A stretch of DNA of 64,000 bases, from contig CAVZVA010000008.1 in the NCBI GenBank assembly GCA_963778655.1, forward strand, positions 32,001-96,000, read 5' to 3'. The notes beneath the pieces were generated by a model that saw only the letters and a program-made list of their open reading frames with translations, did not search any database and had not been told where the DNA came from. This document shows positions 1-11,171 of the stretch, one piece after another; positions within the stretch are counted from its first letter, which is position 1; each line of letters starts with the position of its first letter. Origin of the DNA: an uncultured delta proteobacterium (GTDB lineage Bacteria > Myxococcota_A > Polyangia > Polyangiales > JAFGIB01). Made by a program: the position numbers and the translations under genes.

Positions 1-1498
<1,498 letters not shown>

Positions 1499-1908
1499 GG
1501 CCCCCCGTTCTAGTGCCCCGCCCCCCAGCTGTCGAGCTGGGCAAAGGCCGCCCAACCCGGGCAAGCGCCCCCGGAGCCCCGGACCGAGGCGTGCTCCGAG
1601 CACGCCGCAGGGCCGGGGCGAGGAGGTAAACCGCTCCTGAACGCTCCTGCGAACGCGCGGTGAGGGTGCTCCGGCGCCGGGCTGGGGTGGATGCGAGCCA
1701 GCCCGGCGCCGGAGTCGGGGCGGCGCCCAGAGAGTCGCGTTGCCTCGGTGCGTGTCCCCCCGCTCGCGGAGGCGTCGAATCCCGAGCGCGTTTCCCAGAG
1801 CATGGCGCGGCGCTGTTTCGCGGGCTTTGCGTGGCGGTGAATTCTACGCGACTTCCCCACTGTGCAGCGCCGCGCGCGACCCACCTGCCCTTACTCGCGA
1901 TCAGGGGC

Positions 1909-3666
1909 TCAGCGGTCGGTGCGCTCGGCCGCTTTCTGCTTGAGCGCGCGCTTGTCGATCTTCTGCGAGGCGATGCGCGGCAACGGCTCGCGCTGCAGGA
2001 AGACGTGGCTCGGGACCTTGAACTGCGCGAGCCGCTCGGCCACATGCGCCTGCAGCTCCGCCACCGTGACCTCCGCGTCGGCGCGCACCATCACGGTGGC
2101 CGCGAGCGCCTCGCCCAGACGCGCGTCGGGGACGCCGTAGACGGCCGCCTCGAACACCGCGGGGTGCTCGTAGAGCGCGTGCTCCACCTCCGGGCAGCTG
2201 ATGTTCTCGCCGCCCCGGATCACGATGTCCTTGGAGCGCCCGGTGATGAACAGGAAGCCCTCGGCGTCGAGCTTGCCCAGGTCGCCGGTGCGCACCCAGC
2301 CCTCGCGCAGCGTGCTCACCGTCGCCTCGGGCTTGTTCCAGTAGCAGCGCATGTTGGTCACGCTCTTGATGCAGATCTCGCCTTCGCGATCGGGACCCAG
2401 CGTGGCGCCGTTCTGGTCGATGATCTTGACCTCGACCAGCGGCGGCAACGGCTTGCCTACGCTCGCCGGCCGCAGCAGGTAGTCGTCGCCGCCGATCGCC
2501 GTGCCCAGGCTGTTGGTCTCGGTCATACCGTAGCCGGTGCTGGCCTGCGCGTGCTCGGCCTTTTCCTTCAGCTTCTTGACGTGCTCGGGCGGGCGCGCCG
2601 CGCCTCCTGCGCTGAGCGAGCGCAGGCTGCTGGTGTTGCGCTTGGCGAAGTCGGGCGAGTTGATCAGCTCCCAGCTCATGGTGGGCACGCCGTTGAAGTC
2701 GGTGACCTGCTCGCGCTCGATCAGCTCGAGGGCGCGCTCCGGATTCCAGCGGTGCATCATCACCAGCTTGCGGCCGCTGCGGAATGCGGGCAGGAACTGC
2801 ACGTTGCAGCCAGTCACGTGGAACAGCGGCACCGTGACCAGCATCGCGCTCTGCGGCAGCTCGAGCGCCGCGCTCCGCAACGCGTCCGGGCCGCGGTCGA
2901 GCCACGCATACACCCGATCGAGCAGGCGCGGCGGCAGCTCGACCATGATCCGCGCGAGCATCACGAACTCCCAGTTGAACAGCGAGCTCACGATCGCGCG
3001 GTGGGTGGACACCACGCCCTTGGGGTGGCCGGTAGAGCCCGAGGTGTACATGATGGTGGCGTCGTCCTCGGGGTCGACCGCCGCCTCGGGCGGCTGGAAG
3101 TCGCCTTGCAGCACGCGCGCGAGGTCGAGCCCCGAGGCCGGCATCGGGCCCCCGGGCCGCGCCACCAGCGCGGGCAGGCCGAGCGTGAGCAGCTCCGGCT
3201 GCATGCGGTCGAAGCGCTCCTGATCGGCGACGACCAGGCGCGCCCCGCTGTCTTGCAGTCCGTAGCTCAGCTCGGGCCCTGTCCACCAAGCGTTGAGCGG
3301 CACCACGACAGCGCCGATCGAGGTCGCGGCCATATAGGTGAAGCACCATTCGGGGTAGTTGCGCATCGCCAGCGCAACCCGGTCGCCCTTGCGAATGCCG
3401 AACTCGTGCAGCATGTGGTGCGCGAGGTTGTCAGCCCGCTGGCGCATCTCGGCGAAGGTGTAGCGCTCGTCCTCATACACCAGCATGACGCGTGCGTCGT
3501 GGCGCTTGGAGAGCGCGTATACCGTGGCGAGGTTGCTGGGCGCGTGCAGGAACACCGTCATCTCCGCGTCGCCGATGCGCGTGCGTCCCAGCTGGTAGGG
3601 CGAGCCCGGGCGGACCAACCGCTCGAGGGCTTGGTCTTGGGTCAAATTGGCGGCGGCCTCACTCAT
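1909..3666 (-). CDS. Long-chain fatty acid--CoA ligase (class I adenylate-forming enzyme)
   Basis: YTSGSTGHPKG, GYGMTET, RTGDLG, GRSKDIVIRGGENI motifs; start MSEAAANL. Confidence 0.93.
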   Translation of the reverse strand: MSEAAANLTQDQALERLVRPGSPYQLGRTRIGDAEMTVFLHAPSNLATVYALSKRHDARVMLVYEDERYTFAEMRQRADNLAHHMLHEFGIRKGDRVALAMRNYPEWCFTYMAATSIGAVVVPLNAWWTGPELSYGLQDSGARLVVADQERFDRMQPELLTLGLPALVARPGGPMPASGLDLARVLQGDFQPPEAAVDPEDDATIMYTSGSTGHPKGVVSTHRAIVSSLFNWEFVMLARIMVELPPRLLDRVYAWLDRGPDALRSAALELPQSAMLVTVPLFHVTGCNVQFLPAFRSGRKLVMMHRWNPERALELIEREQVTDFNGVPTMSWELINSPDFAKRNTSSLRSLSAGGAARPPEHVKKLKEKAEHAQASTGYGMTETNSLGTAIGGDDYLLRPASVGKPLPPLVEVKIIDQNGATLGPDREGEICIKSVTNMRCYWNKPEATVSTLREGWVRTGDLGKLDAEGFLFITGRSKDIVIRGGENISCPEVEHALYEHPAVFEAAVYGVPDARLGEALAATVMVRADAEVTVAELQAHVAERLAQFKVPSHVFLQREPLPRIASQKIDKRALKQKAAERTDR

Positions 3667-4078
3667 CGACGGGATGCTCCTCTGGTTGCGACCGACCCCA
3701 CCGGGCTGGTTTGAATAGCATGCAAGCCGGTGCGCCGTCAGCCGCGCCGGTGCCGCCTGCACCCGCGGCGGATCGGCGCTATGCTGCGCGCGATGACCGC
3801 AGACGGCAATGCCGGGCGCGCGCTCGGCATTGCCGGGCGCGCTCAGCTGCACAGCGTGCTCGCCCGCGCGGAAGCTGCGCGCGGCGATCGATCTCGCATG
3901 ATCGAGCGCGGCCTGCGCGCGCACGGCCGACAGGTGGGAGATCGCAAGGTTGCACGAGATCGGCCACTTCTTTGGCCTGGATGGGACTGATAGCGAGCGG
4001 CGGGTCTGGATCGAGCCGTCGAGCGCTTCGGACCACGAAATAAGGGGGCGGGCGATGCGACTCATGGGCGTTGAGACG

Positions 4079-5200
4079 ATGCGAAGCGTATGCGTTGCAA
4101 GCATGTTGTGCGCCCTGACCGCGCTGGTCGCGCGGGCTCAGCCGGCTGTTCCCGGCGGCTCCGCCGCGTCCGCGCCGGCGACCGGTACCCCGCCTGCGGA
4201 AGCGCCGCCCGGCGCCGCGCCTCCGGCTGCGGTCGCCCCGGCCGAGCAGGCGCCAGCGGCTTCGCCGCCGCCTGCCGCTGCGGCCGAAGCCGCGCCATCC
4301 GCGCCCGCTGCCCAGGCACCTGCGGCCGCGCCGGGTGCGGCTCCGGTCGCGGCTCCAGCTGCAACTCCAGCGGCTCCGGCCGCAACGCCGGCGACCCCAG
4401 CGGCAACGCCGGCGGCTCCAGCCACAACGCCGGCGGCTCCAGCCGCAACGCCGGCGACTCCGGCTGCAGCTCCGGCCGCGCCTGCAGCCGAGCCCAGCCC
4501 GGCCCAGCCGGGGGCGGTCTCCACCGCACCCCCGCCAGCGCCGCCCCCTCCAGTGGCAGCGCCGCCGCCGGCGCCGCCCGCCGCTGCCCACCCGCCCGCG
4601 CGGCCCGCCCCGGTCGAAGGCGTCGAGCGGCGCGTGCCCGCGCGAGGCGAGAAGCTCTACATCCGCATGGCTGCGGGCGTGGGCTTTCCGTTCGGCTCCG
4701 ACATCGCCGATCGCTACGACGACCGCGGCAGCGGCGCCTCGCACTTCTCGGGCTACAGCTTCGCGCTCGACGTGATGGCGGGTACCGCGGTGCTGCCCTG
4801 GCTGATGATCGGCGGCGGCGCCGCGTCCGATACCGTGGGCGGCGGCACGGTGCGCAACGCCAGTCAGAGCAAGCGCAGCATCGAGCACAGCCTGTACTAC
4901 GCGGTGATCGGGCCGTTTGCAGACCTGTACACGGCACCCCCGGCGGGTCTGCATTTCCAGGCCCTGCTCGGTCTCGCCCGACTCTCTCCGGCCGATGACC
5001 TCGGCCACAACACGGCGCTCGGCTTTGGCGCGGTGCTCGGGGTGGGCTACGAGATGCCGGTCGGCCGGCGCTGGAACCTCGGCGCGCTCGCCCGCGTGGC
5101 GTTCTCACCACTCAGCATGAAGCGCGTGGCCGGCCAGCAGCCCTCGCCCACCTTGTACGAGCCCTCGCTGCTGTGGACCGCGACGTTCAGGCCCGAGTAA
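4079..5200 (+). CDS. Exported protein: signal peptide, Pro/Ala-rich linker, C-terminal outer-membrane beta-barrel-like domain
   Basis: N-terminal hydrophobic segment ending ARAQP; about 150 aa P/A-rich; alternating aromatic/hydrophobic strands (FGAVLGVGYE, WNLGALARV, LLWTATF). Confidence 0.7.
   Translation: MRSVCVASMLCALTALVARAQPAVPGGSAASAPATGTPPAEAPPGAAPPAAVAPAEQAPAASPPPAAAAEAAPSAPAAQAPAAAPGAAPVAAPAATPAAPAATPATPAATPAAPATTPAAPAATPATPAAAPAAPAAEPSPAQPGAVSTAPPPAPPPPVAAPPPAPPAAAHPPARPAPVEGVERRVPARGEKLYIRMAAGVGFPFGSDIADRYDDRGSGASHFSGYSFALDVMAGTAVLPWLMIGGGAASDTVGGGTVRNASQSKRSIEHSLYYAVIGPFADLYTAPPAGLHFQALLGLARLSPADDLGHNTALGFGAVLGVGYEMPVGRRWNLGALARVAFSPLSMKRVAGQQPSPTLYEPSLLWTATFRPE
4352..4477 (+). 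repeat. In-frame 21-bp tandem repeat x6 encoding (A/T)PAATPA
   Basis: Units like gctccagccgcaacgccggcg, six imperfect copies. Confidence 0.85.
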
Positions 5201-5253
5201 GAGGATGCAACAGGAAGACGGGCAGGCGGGAAGCACTCTTCCCGTCGTCCTGT
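5201..5253. repeat. Family-B palindromic intergenic repeat, possible bidirectional terminator
   Basis: gaggatgcaacaggaagacggg is identical at 16981-17002; acaggaagacggg...cccgtcgtcctgt are imperfect inverted arms; lies between convergent genes. Confidence 0.7.
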
Positions 5254-5267
5254 GTCTTTGATCACCA

Positions 5268-6617
5268 TCACCCGAGCATTTCCGGCTTCAGCTCGCGCTC
5301 GACGAAGCCGGTGTCGTGTTGTGCGCTGCGGAAGGCTTCGCTCTGCAGCAGCCAGCGCAGCAGCGCGAGGTTGGTGCGAATGCCCTCGATGCGGTACTCG
5401 TGCAGCGCCCGCAGGCTGCGCGCGATCGCTTGCTCGCGCGTCGGGCCCCAGACCACCAGCTTGGCGATCAGCCCGTCGTAGAACGGAGTCACCTGGTCGC
5501 CCGCGTCGTAGCCGCGGTCTTCGCGCACCCAGGGCCCGCCTGGGAAGCGCGCGGCGGTGATGGGGCCGGGGGAGGGGAAGAAACGCTTCTTGGGGTCCTC
5601 GGCGTAGAGCCGGCACTCGAGCGCGCTGCCGCGCAAGCTCACCTCGTGCTGGCGTGCCGAGAGCGGCTCGCCGGCCGCGACCCGCAGTTGCTCGGCCACC
5701 AGATCGAGGCCGGAGACCACCTCGCTCACGCAGTGCTCGACCTGGATGCGCGTGTTGACCTCGAGCAGATAGAACTGCGCCCCGTCGAACAGGAACTCCA
5801 CGGTGCCGGCGCTGACATAGCGCGCCGCCGCCGCCGCGCGCAGCGCGAGCGCGTGGACCTGCGCCTGCTGCGCCGTGCTCAAGCCCGGCGCGGGCGCTTC
5901 CTCGATCACCTTCTGGTGGCGCCGCTGCAGCGAGCAGTCGCGGTCGCCCACGTGCACCAGGTTGCCGTGGTTGTCGCCGAGGATCTGCACCTCCACGTGG
6001 CGTGCGCGCGGGATCAGCTTTTCGACGTACACGTCGGAGTCGCCGAAGGAACGCGCGGCTTCGCGCCGCGAGCTCTGCAGCGCCGGCTCCAGCTCCTCGG
6101 GCGTGCTCACCACGCGCATGCCTCGCCCGCCGCCGCCGCCCGAGGGCTTGATCAGTACCGGGTAGCCGATGCGCTCGCACAGCGCGCGCGCCTCGGCGGG
6201 CTGCAGCGGCGCGTCCGAGCCCGGCGGCACGGGTACGCCCGCGGCCAGCATGATCTTGCGCATGCCGAGCTTGCTGCCGAGCTGCTCGATCACCTCGGCC
6301 GGCGGGCCCACGAAGCGCAGCCCGGCCGCGCTCACCGCGCGCGCCAGGGCTGGGTTTTCGGACAGAAAGCCGTAACCCGGATGCACCGCATCGGCGCCGC
6401 ATTGCTTGGCGGCGGCGATCAGCTTGTCGATCGCCAGGTAGCTCTGCGCAGCAGGCGGCGGACCGATCGGCACGGCCTCGTCGGCCAGCGCCACGAACGG
6501 GAGCTGCGCGTCGGCCTCGGAATACACCGCGACCGAGCGCAGGCCGAGGTCGCGGCAGGCGCGAATCACGCGCAATGCGATCTCGCCGCGGTTCGCGATC
6601 AAGACCTTGCGGATCAT
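5268..6617 (-). CDS. accC: Biotin carboxylase subunit of an acyl-CoA carboxylase
   Basis: KVLIANRGEIA, HPGYGFLSEN, GGGGRGMR, RDCSLQRRHQK, EVNTRIQVEH. Confidence 0.92.
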   Translation of the reverse strand: MIRKVLIANRGEIALRVIRACRDLGLRSVAVYSEADAQLPFVALADEAVPIGPPPAAQSYLAIDKLIAAAKQCGADAVHPGYGFLSENPALARAVSAAGLRFVGPPAEVIEQLGSKLGMRKIMLAAGVPVPPGSDAPLQPAEARALCERIGYPVLIKPSGGGGGRGMRVVSTPEELEPALQSSRREAARSFGDSDVYVEKLIPRARHVEVQILGDNHGNLVHVGDRDCSLQRRHQKVIEEAPAPGLSTAQQAQVHALALRAAAAARYVSAGTVEFLFDGAQFYLLEVNTRIQVEHCVSEVVSGLDLVAEQLRVAAGEPLSARQHEVSLRGSALECRLYAEDPKKRFFPSPGPITAARFPGGPWVREDRGYDAGDQVTPFYDGLIAKLVVWGPTREQAIARSLRALHEYRIEGIRTNLALLRWLLQSEAFRSAQHDTGFVERELKPEMLG

Positions 6618-6624
6618 CGGGCGC

Positions 6625-7596
6625 CTACTGCGCGCCGGCGAAGCTCGCGTTGGTGCCCGCCTCGCCCAGCTCGACTTCCGCGGCCGGGGCGATGCGCGCC
6701 CCGGGCGGCCGCCGGTTCGGGCCCGCGCCCAGCTGTACTGTGCCCAGGCTCGGCACGAACGGCACGATCAGGTACTGCTTGCACCAGTACCACCACACGC
6801 TCTGCTGCAGCAGCACCGGATCGATGTGGGGTGCGATCTTGGCATGCACTTCGGGCAGCTTGCTCCAGTGCATGCCCGGATGCTCGTGGTGGGCCGCGTG
6901 GTAGCCGTTGTTGAACAGCAGGAAATTGAGCAGCCCGCCGACGAAGTTGCGCGAATGGTTGTGCGGCGACCACGGGTCGGTGTGCACGTGCTGCTCGTAG
7001 TTGAACAGGTGGATCGTCCACAGCGAGGTCACTGCGGGCAGCGCGACCGTGATCACGAATACGTAGCTGCCGAGCTTGACGCCGTGCAGCGCCCACGCGG
7101 TCGCCAGCAGCGCGACGTAGCTGCCGATCCAGAACCCATACTGCAGCTGGATGCGGCGGTAGAGCGCGGGATTGCCGCTCTTGGCCTTCTCCAGGAACGC
7201 CTTGGTCGGGTACTGCTGATAATAGGCCGAGACGAAGAAGTAGGTCGCCGCCACCAGCGCGTTGTGCCTGTTGGTGAAGCGCCAGGTGATGGTCGCGTCG
7301 CCCTCGGTGTTGAGATACTTGTGGTGGTTGAGGTTGTGGGTCGGGATCCAGGCGAAGGTCGGGAAGCCGTAGAAGATCGAGATCCAGTTGCCGAAGGCCT
7401 GGTTCATGCGCCGGCTGCGAAAGGTCGGGCTGTGGTTGTGGTTGTGGGCGATCACGCCGCAGGCGATCGCGAAGTAGCAGCTCACCCACCACAGATAGGG
7501 AATCAACGCCGGGCGCGCGTACTGCACGGCGATCAGCGCCGGCGCGATCAGCGTCCACAGGATGGTACGGTAGTCAGCTGCGTGTCGAGGAAGCAT
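6625..7596 (-). CDS. Membrane fatty acid desaturase family protein
   Basis: His boxes HNHNH, HNLNHH, EQH and HAAHH; several TM segments. Confidence 0.9.
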   Translation of the reverse strand: MLPRHAADYRTILWTLIAPALIAVQYARPALIPYLWWVSCYFAIACGVIAHNHNHSPTFRSRRMNQAFGNWISIFYGFPTFAWIPTHNLNHHKYLNTEGDATITWRFTNRHNALVAATYFFVSAYYQQYPTKAFLEKAKSGNPALYRRIQLQYGFWIGSYVALLATAWALHGVKLGSYVFVITVALPAVTSLWTIHLFNYEQHVHTDPWSPHNHSRNFVGGLLNFLLFNNGYHAAHHEHPGMHWSKLPEVHAKIAPHIDPVLLQQSVWWYWCKQYLIVPFVPSLGTVQLGAGPNRRPPGARIAPAAEVELGEAGTNASFAGAQ

Positions 7597-7737
7597 CGGT
7601 GTCCTGAAGGCCCGCGGCAACCGGGCCGGCGCGAGTCGGCCGGGAGGATACAGGAAAGGCCCCCTGCTGAGAAGTCGGGCGCACGGGGTGCCCGGCCGAA
7701 AACCGGCCAAACGGCCGCTTTGGTGGGGTGACTCGGG

Positions 7738-8661
7738 TCAGCGGCGCGCGTGCTTGGCTAGCAGCGCGAACGTGCGCTCGATCGCGTCGGGCTCTTCTTT
7801 CGGCGCGAACGGCGCGGCGTTGAAGTCGGTGACGCCGTGCTCGGCCAGGCGCGCGAGTTGCTCGCCCACCGCATCCTCGTCTCCGACCATGGCGACATCG
7901 GCCGGGCCGGCCGCGCCCTCGCGATCGAGCATCGCGCGGTACGACGGCAGCGAGCCGTAGGTGCGAAACTGCCGCTCCGCCGCCGCCCGCGCCTGCTCCG
8001 GCCGATCGGTCACGCACAGCGGCAGGCCCGCCACCACGCGCGGCGCCGGACGGCCCGCCGCGGCGGCTGCCTCGCGGATGCGCGGCACGATGTGCTCGGC
8101 CAGGGTCTTGGGGCCGGTCATCCAGGTGATGGTGCCGTCGGCCACGCGGCCGGCCAGCGCGAGCATCTTGGGGGCGAGCGCCGCGACCAAGATCGGGCAC
8201 GGCTGCGCGCCCGGCACCGCGAGCGGCGCGTTCACGCGGAACTGCTTGCCGGTGAAGCTGACCCGGCCCTCGCGGATCAGCGGCGCGAGCACGGCCAGGT
8301 ACTCCTTCATGTGCGTGTACGGGGTGGCGTAGGAGAGCCCGAACATGTTTTCGATCACGATCTGGTGCGAGAGCCCGATGCCGAGCAGCAGGCGGTTGCC
8401 GATCGCGGCCTGGGTGGTGAGCGCCTGCTGCGCCATGGCGTAAGGGTGGCGCGGGTAGCTCGGGACCACGCCGGTGCCAACCGCGATGCGGGTGGTGCCG
8501 CGCCCGCAGGCCACGGCGGCGGTGAGCGCGTCGATGCCGAAGATGTTGGCCAACCACACGCTGCTGAGGCCCGCGGCCTCCGCGCGCCGGGCTTGCTCCA
8601 CCAGCCCATCGATCTCTGCTGGACGCCCCGCGATGTCCCCGATGCCGATGCCGATCTTCAT
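7738..8661 (-). CDS. LLM-class oxidoreductase, TIGR03564-like (putatively F420-dependent)
   Basis: PRHPYAMAQQALT, LGIGLSHQIVIE, AALAPKMLALAG..ADGTITW, YGSLPSYRAMLDREG. Confidence 0.85.
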   Translation of the reverse strand: MKIGIGIGDIAGRPAEIDGLVEQARRAEAAGLSSVWLANIFGIDALTAAVACGRGTTRIAVGTGVVPSYPRHPYAMAQQALTTQAAIGNRLLLGIGLSHQIVIENMFGLSYATPYTHMKEYLAVLAPLIREGRVSFTGKQFRVNAPLAVPGAQPCPILVAALAPKMLALAGRVADGTITWMTGPKTLAEHIVPRIREAAAAAGRPAPRVVAGLPLCVTDRPEQARAAAERQFRTYGSLPSYRAMLDREGAAGPADVAMVGDEDAVGEQLARLAEHGVTDFNAAPFAPKEEPDAIERTFALLAKHARR

Positions 8662-8751
8662 CTGCCCTCCGTCTACCGACCACGCCGCCTTGCGCCGCCT
8701 TGGGTGGTGATTAGGTCACGCGCGGCGCGGCGTCAATCCGCGGCTGGCTGC

Positions 8752-8789
8752 TTGGCACGTGCGCCAGCCGCGTCTTATCTTGTAGTACA
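8752..8789 (+). promoter_or_regulatory. Putative sigma70 promoter of a leaderless transcript, with an operator core overlapping the ATG
   Basis: TTGGCA(8752)-18 bp-TATCTT(8776); TGTAGTACA at 8781-8789 overlaps the A of ATG 8789; no SD sequence. Confidence 0.5.
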
Positions 8790-9322
8790 TGACGACCAAA
8801 CCGCGACGGCGGCGGCGGGGACCCAGCAAGGACGCGGCCAGCCGCAAGGATCGGCTGGTCCAGACGCGCGTGCCGCGCGGGCTCGAGCACGCGCTCAAGC
8901 AGGAGGCGCAGCGGCGCAGGCTCTCGGTCTCGCACCTGATCCGCAACGTGCTCGAGGACACCTTCGAGCTGGTGGACCACGTGGTGGCCGAGGTGGACAA
9001 CCTGGTCAACGATTCGGTCGGGCTTGCCCAGCAGGTGCGCGAAGACGCGCGCCGTATCGCGCGCAGCGCGCGCGGGCAGGGCGAGGCGCGGCCGCAGCGC
9101 GCGCAGCGCGCGGCAGCACACGAAGGCGGGGCCCGCGAGCCCGAGCCGGCGGGCCCGGAGCAGGCGCTCGACCACGTGTATGCCTGGGACGAGGTGGTGC
9201 TCAACCGCGCGGCGCGCTGCGCGCGCTGCGGCCGCGTGCTCGCCAGGGGCAGCCGCGCGCACCTGGGGCTGACGCAGCAGCGGGACGCCCCGCCCAGCTG
9301 GCTCTGCGCGCGCTGCCTGTGA
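8789..9322 (+). CDS. Putative regulator: N-terminal ribbon-helix-helix, central amphipathic helix, C-terminal CxxC..CxxC Zn finger
   Basis: LVQTRVPRGLEHALKQEAQRRRLSVSHLIRNVLE fits the RHH pattern; CARC..CARC. Confidence 0.7.
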   Translation: MTTKPRRRRRGPSKDAASRKDRLVQTRVPRGLEHALKQEAQRRRLSVSHLIRNVLEDTFELVDHVVAEVDNLVNDSVGLAQQVREDARRIARSARGQGEARPQRAQRAAAHEGGAREPEPAGPEQALDHVYAWDEVVLNRAARCARCGRVLARGSRAHLGLTQQRDAPPSWLCARCL

Positions 9323-9356
9323 GCCCGGGGGCGAACGGCCGGCGCGCGGGCAACGC

Positions 9357-9385
9357 TTGACATGTTTTGTAATACAAAATATGCA
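9357..9385 (+). promoter_or_regulatory. sigma70 promoter with a 23-bp palindromic operator between -35 and -10
   Basis: TTGACA(9357)-17 bp-TATGCA(9380); CATGTTTTGTAATACAAAATATG (9361-9383) is a near-perfect inverted repeat in an AT-rich island. Confidence 0.75.
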
Positions 9386-9414
9386 GAACGCATCCCATCG
9401 CCCTAGAGGTCGCC

Positions 9415-11004
9415 ATGCCCCCTGTCGCCGCCCCGCACGACGCCGCACCCGCCCTGCCGCGCGCCCGCCGCCGCCGTCGCCGCCGCACGCCGAACGCCGG
9501 CGCCACGCCGCTGCCCGACTTCTCGAGCTCCGAGCTGCGGCTGTGGCTGAGCGTCGCCGACGGCGTGCTGACCGCGATCGAGCGCATCGCCTGGGACCTG
9601 CGCGCGCTGACCGAGGCGGCCGCGCAGGCCTGGGACGGCAGCCTGCGCGAGCTGAGCAAGCTGGGCGAGGAGAGCCAGGCGCTACGCGTGCGCCTGCTGC
9701 GCGTGCAGCAGACGGGCTGGATGCTGACCCGCATCGCGGCCGGCTACCGCCTGTTCTCGCTGCGTGCGGCCTTTTTGTCGCGCCAGCGCGCGGCGGCCGT
9801 GCTGGAGCAGCTGCACGTTCGCAGCGCGCTGCGCTTCTGTGAAACCAGCCGAGCCCGGGGCGGCGCGTTTCTCAAGATCGGGCAGCTGCTGTCGGCGCGG
9901 CCCGACCTGCTGCCCGCGAGCTGGGTGCAAGCGCTCTCGGAGCTGCAGGACGCGGCGCCGAGCTTCGGCTTCGAGCAAGTGCGTGCCAGCGTAGAGCAGG
10001 AGCTCGACGCTGCGCTGCCGGCGCTGTTCACGGACTTCGAGCCGGAGCCGCTCGCGGCCGCGAGCATCGGTCAGGTGCACCGCGCGAGCGCGCCAGACGG
10101 CCGGCAGCTCGCGGTCAAGGTGCAGCGTCCCGGTATCGGGGCGCTGGTCGAGATGGACCTCGACCTGCTCGAGCTGTTCGTGGAGGCGATGCACGACGCG
10201 CTGCCCGCGGCCGACTACCCAACCATTGTGACGCAGCTGCGCGCCGCGGTGCTGGCCGAGCTCGACTACGTGAAGGAAGCGCGGGTGACGCGGCGCATGG
10301 CCGAGCTGTTTGCCGAAGTGCCCGGCGTGATCGTGCCCGACGTGGTCGACAGCCTGTCCGCGCCGCGCGTGCTGACCACGAGCTTTGTCTCCGGCCGCAA
10401 GCTCACGCTCGTGCTCGACGAGCTGGCCGAGCGCAGCCAGGCCGGCGACGCCGGCGCGCGCGCCGAGCTCTCGGAGCTGCTCGGTCGCCTGCTGCAGGCT
10501 CACCTGCGTCAGGTGCTGCAGGCGGGGCTGTTTCAGGCCGATCCGCACCCGGGCAACTTCCTGGTGAGCGACGACGGCGCCCTGGTGCTGCTCGACTTCG
10601 GCTGCAGCCAAGAGCTCTTGCCCGAGACGCGGCGCCGCTATCTGGCGTTGCTGCGCGCCTTTCTGGCGCGCGACGAGCCGCGGATGAGCGCGCTGTTCGC
10701 AGAGCTCGGTTTCGCGACCCAGAGCGGCGACCCAGCCACGCTCCACGCATTCACGCGCGCGCTGCTGTCGGAGCTCGCCTCCGCCGCCAACGGCAAGCGC
10801 ATCGAGTGGCCGGATCGCGACGCGCTGCTCGCGCGCATGCGCTCGCTGCTTCACGCAATCGAAGCCGACCCGGTCGTCACGCTGCCGCCGGAATTCGTGC
10901 TGCTGGGGCGCCTGTTCGGGACCCTGGCAGGGCTGTTCACCCACTATCGGCCGGATCTCGACTACGCCCGCCACGTGCTTCCGGTGCTGGCTGTGGTCTT
11001 GTGA
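9415..11004 (+). CDS. ABC1/AarF/UbiB-family atypical kinase
   Basis: FLKIGQLLS, AAASIGQVH, VKVQRP, ADPHPGN, LDFG. Confidence 0.92.
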   Translation: MPPVAAPHDAAPALPRARRRRRRRTPNAGATPLPDFSSSELRLWLSVADGVLTAIERIAWDLRALTEAAAQAWDGSLRELSKLGEESQALRVRLLRVQQTGWMLTRIAAGYRLFSLRAAFLSRQRAAAVLEQLHVRSALRFCETSRARGGAFLKIGQLLSARPDLLPASWVQALSELQDAAPSFGFEQVRASVEQELDAALPALFTDFEPEPLAAASIGQVHRASAPDGRQLAVKVQRPGIGALVEMDLDLLELFVEAMHDALPAADYPTIVTQLRAAVLAELDYVKEARVTRRMAELFAEVPGVIVPDVVDSLSAPRVLTTSFVSGRKLTLVLDELAERSQAGDAGARAELSELLGRLLQAHLRQVLQAGLFQADPHPGNFLVSDDGALVLLDFGCSQELLPETRRRYLALLRAFLARDEPRMSALFAELGFATQSGDPATLHAFTRALLSELASAANGKRIEWPDRDALLARMRSLLHAIEADPVVTLPPEFVLLGRLFGTLAGLFTHYRPDLDYARHVLPVLAVVL

Positions 11005-11006
11005 CC

Positions 11007-11171
11007 GGGGAGGGCACGCGCCCCTCCCCGCCCTGCCGGCAAAGCCGTCAGGGTCCTACCCCACCGCGGGGCTCGCTCGTGAGCAGCGCGAGCTGCGAGG
11101 TGAGGGTCAATGCGCGAGGCTCTGCCTCGCGCAGAGGGTTTGTGATTCGATCCCGAATCGCGAGCTCTGAT
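11007..11171. repeat. Family-A REP-like multi-hairpin element
   Basis: Hairpin ggggagggcacgcgcccctcccc; 11142-11170 is the exact reverse complement of 26482-26510. Confidence 0.8.

Noticed and set aside
1660..3714. Long antisense or alternate-frame ORFs (e.g. 1660-3714+, 31429-33636+, 36369-38411+, 40364-42295+, 59381-61435-)
   Set aside because: Shadow ORFs of well-supported genes, Arg/Ala/Gly-rich with no recognisable motifs, as expected at this GC content.
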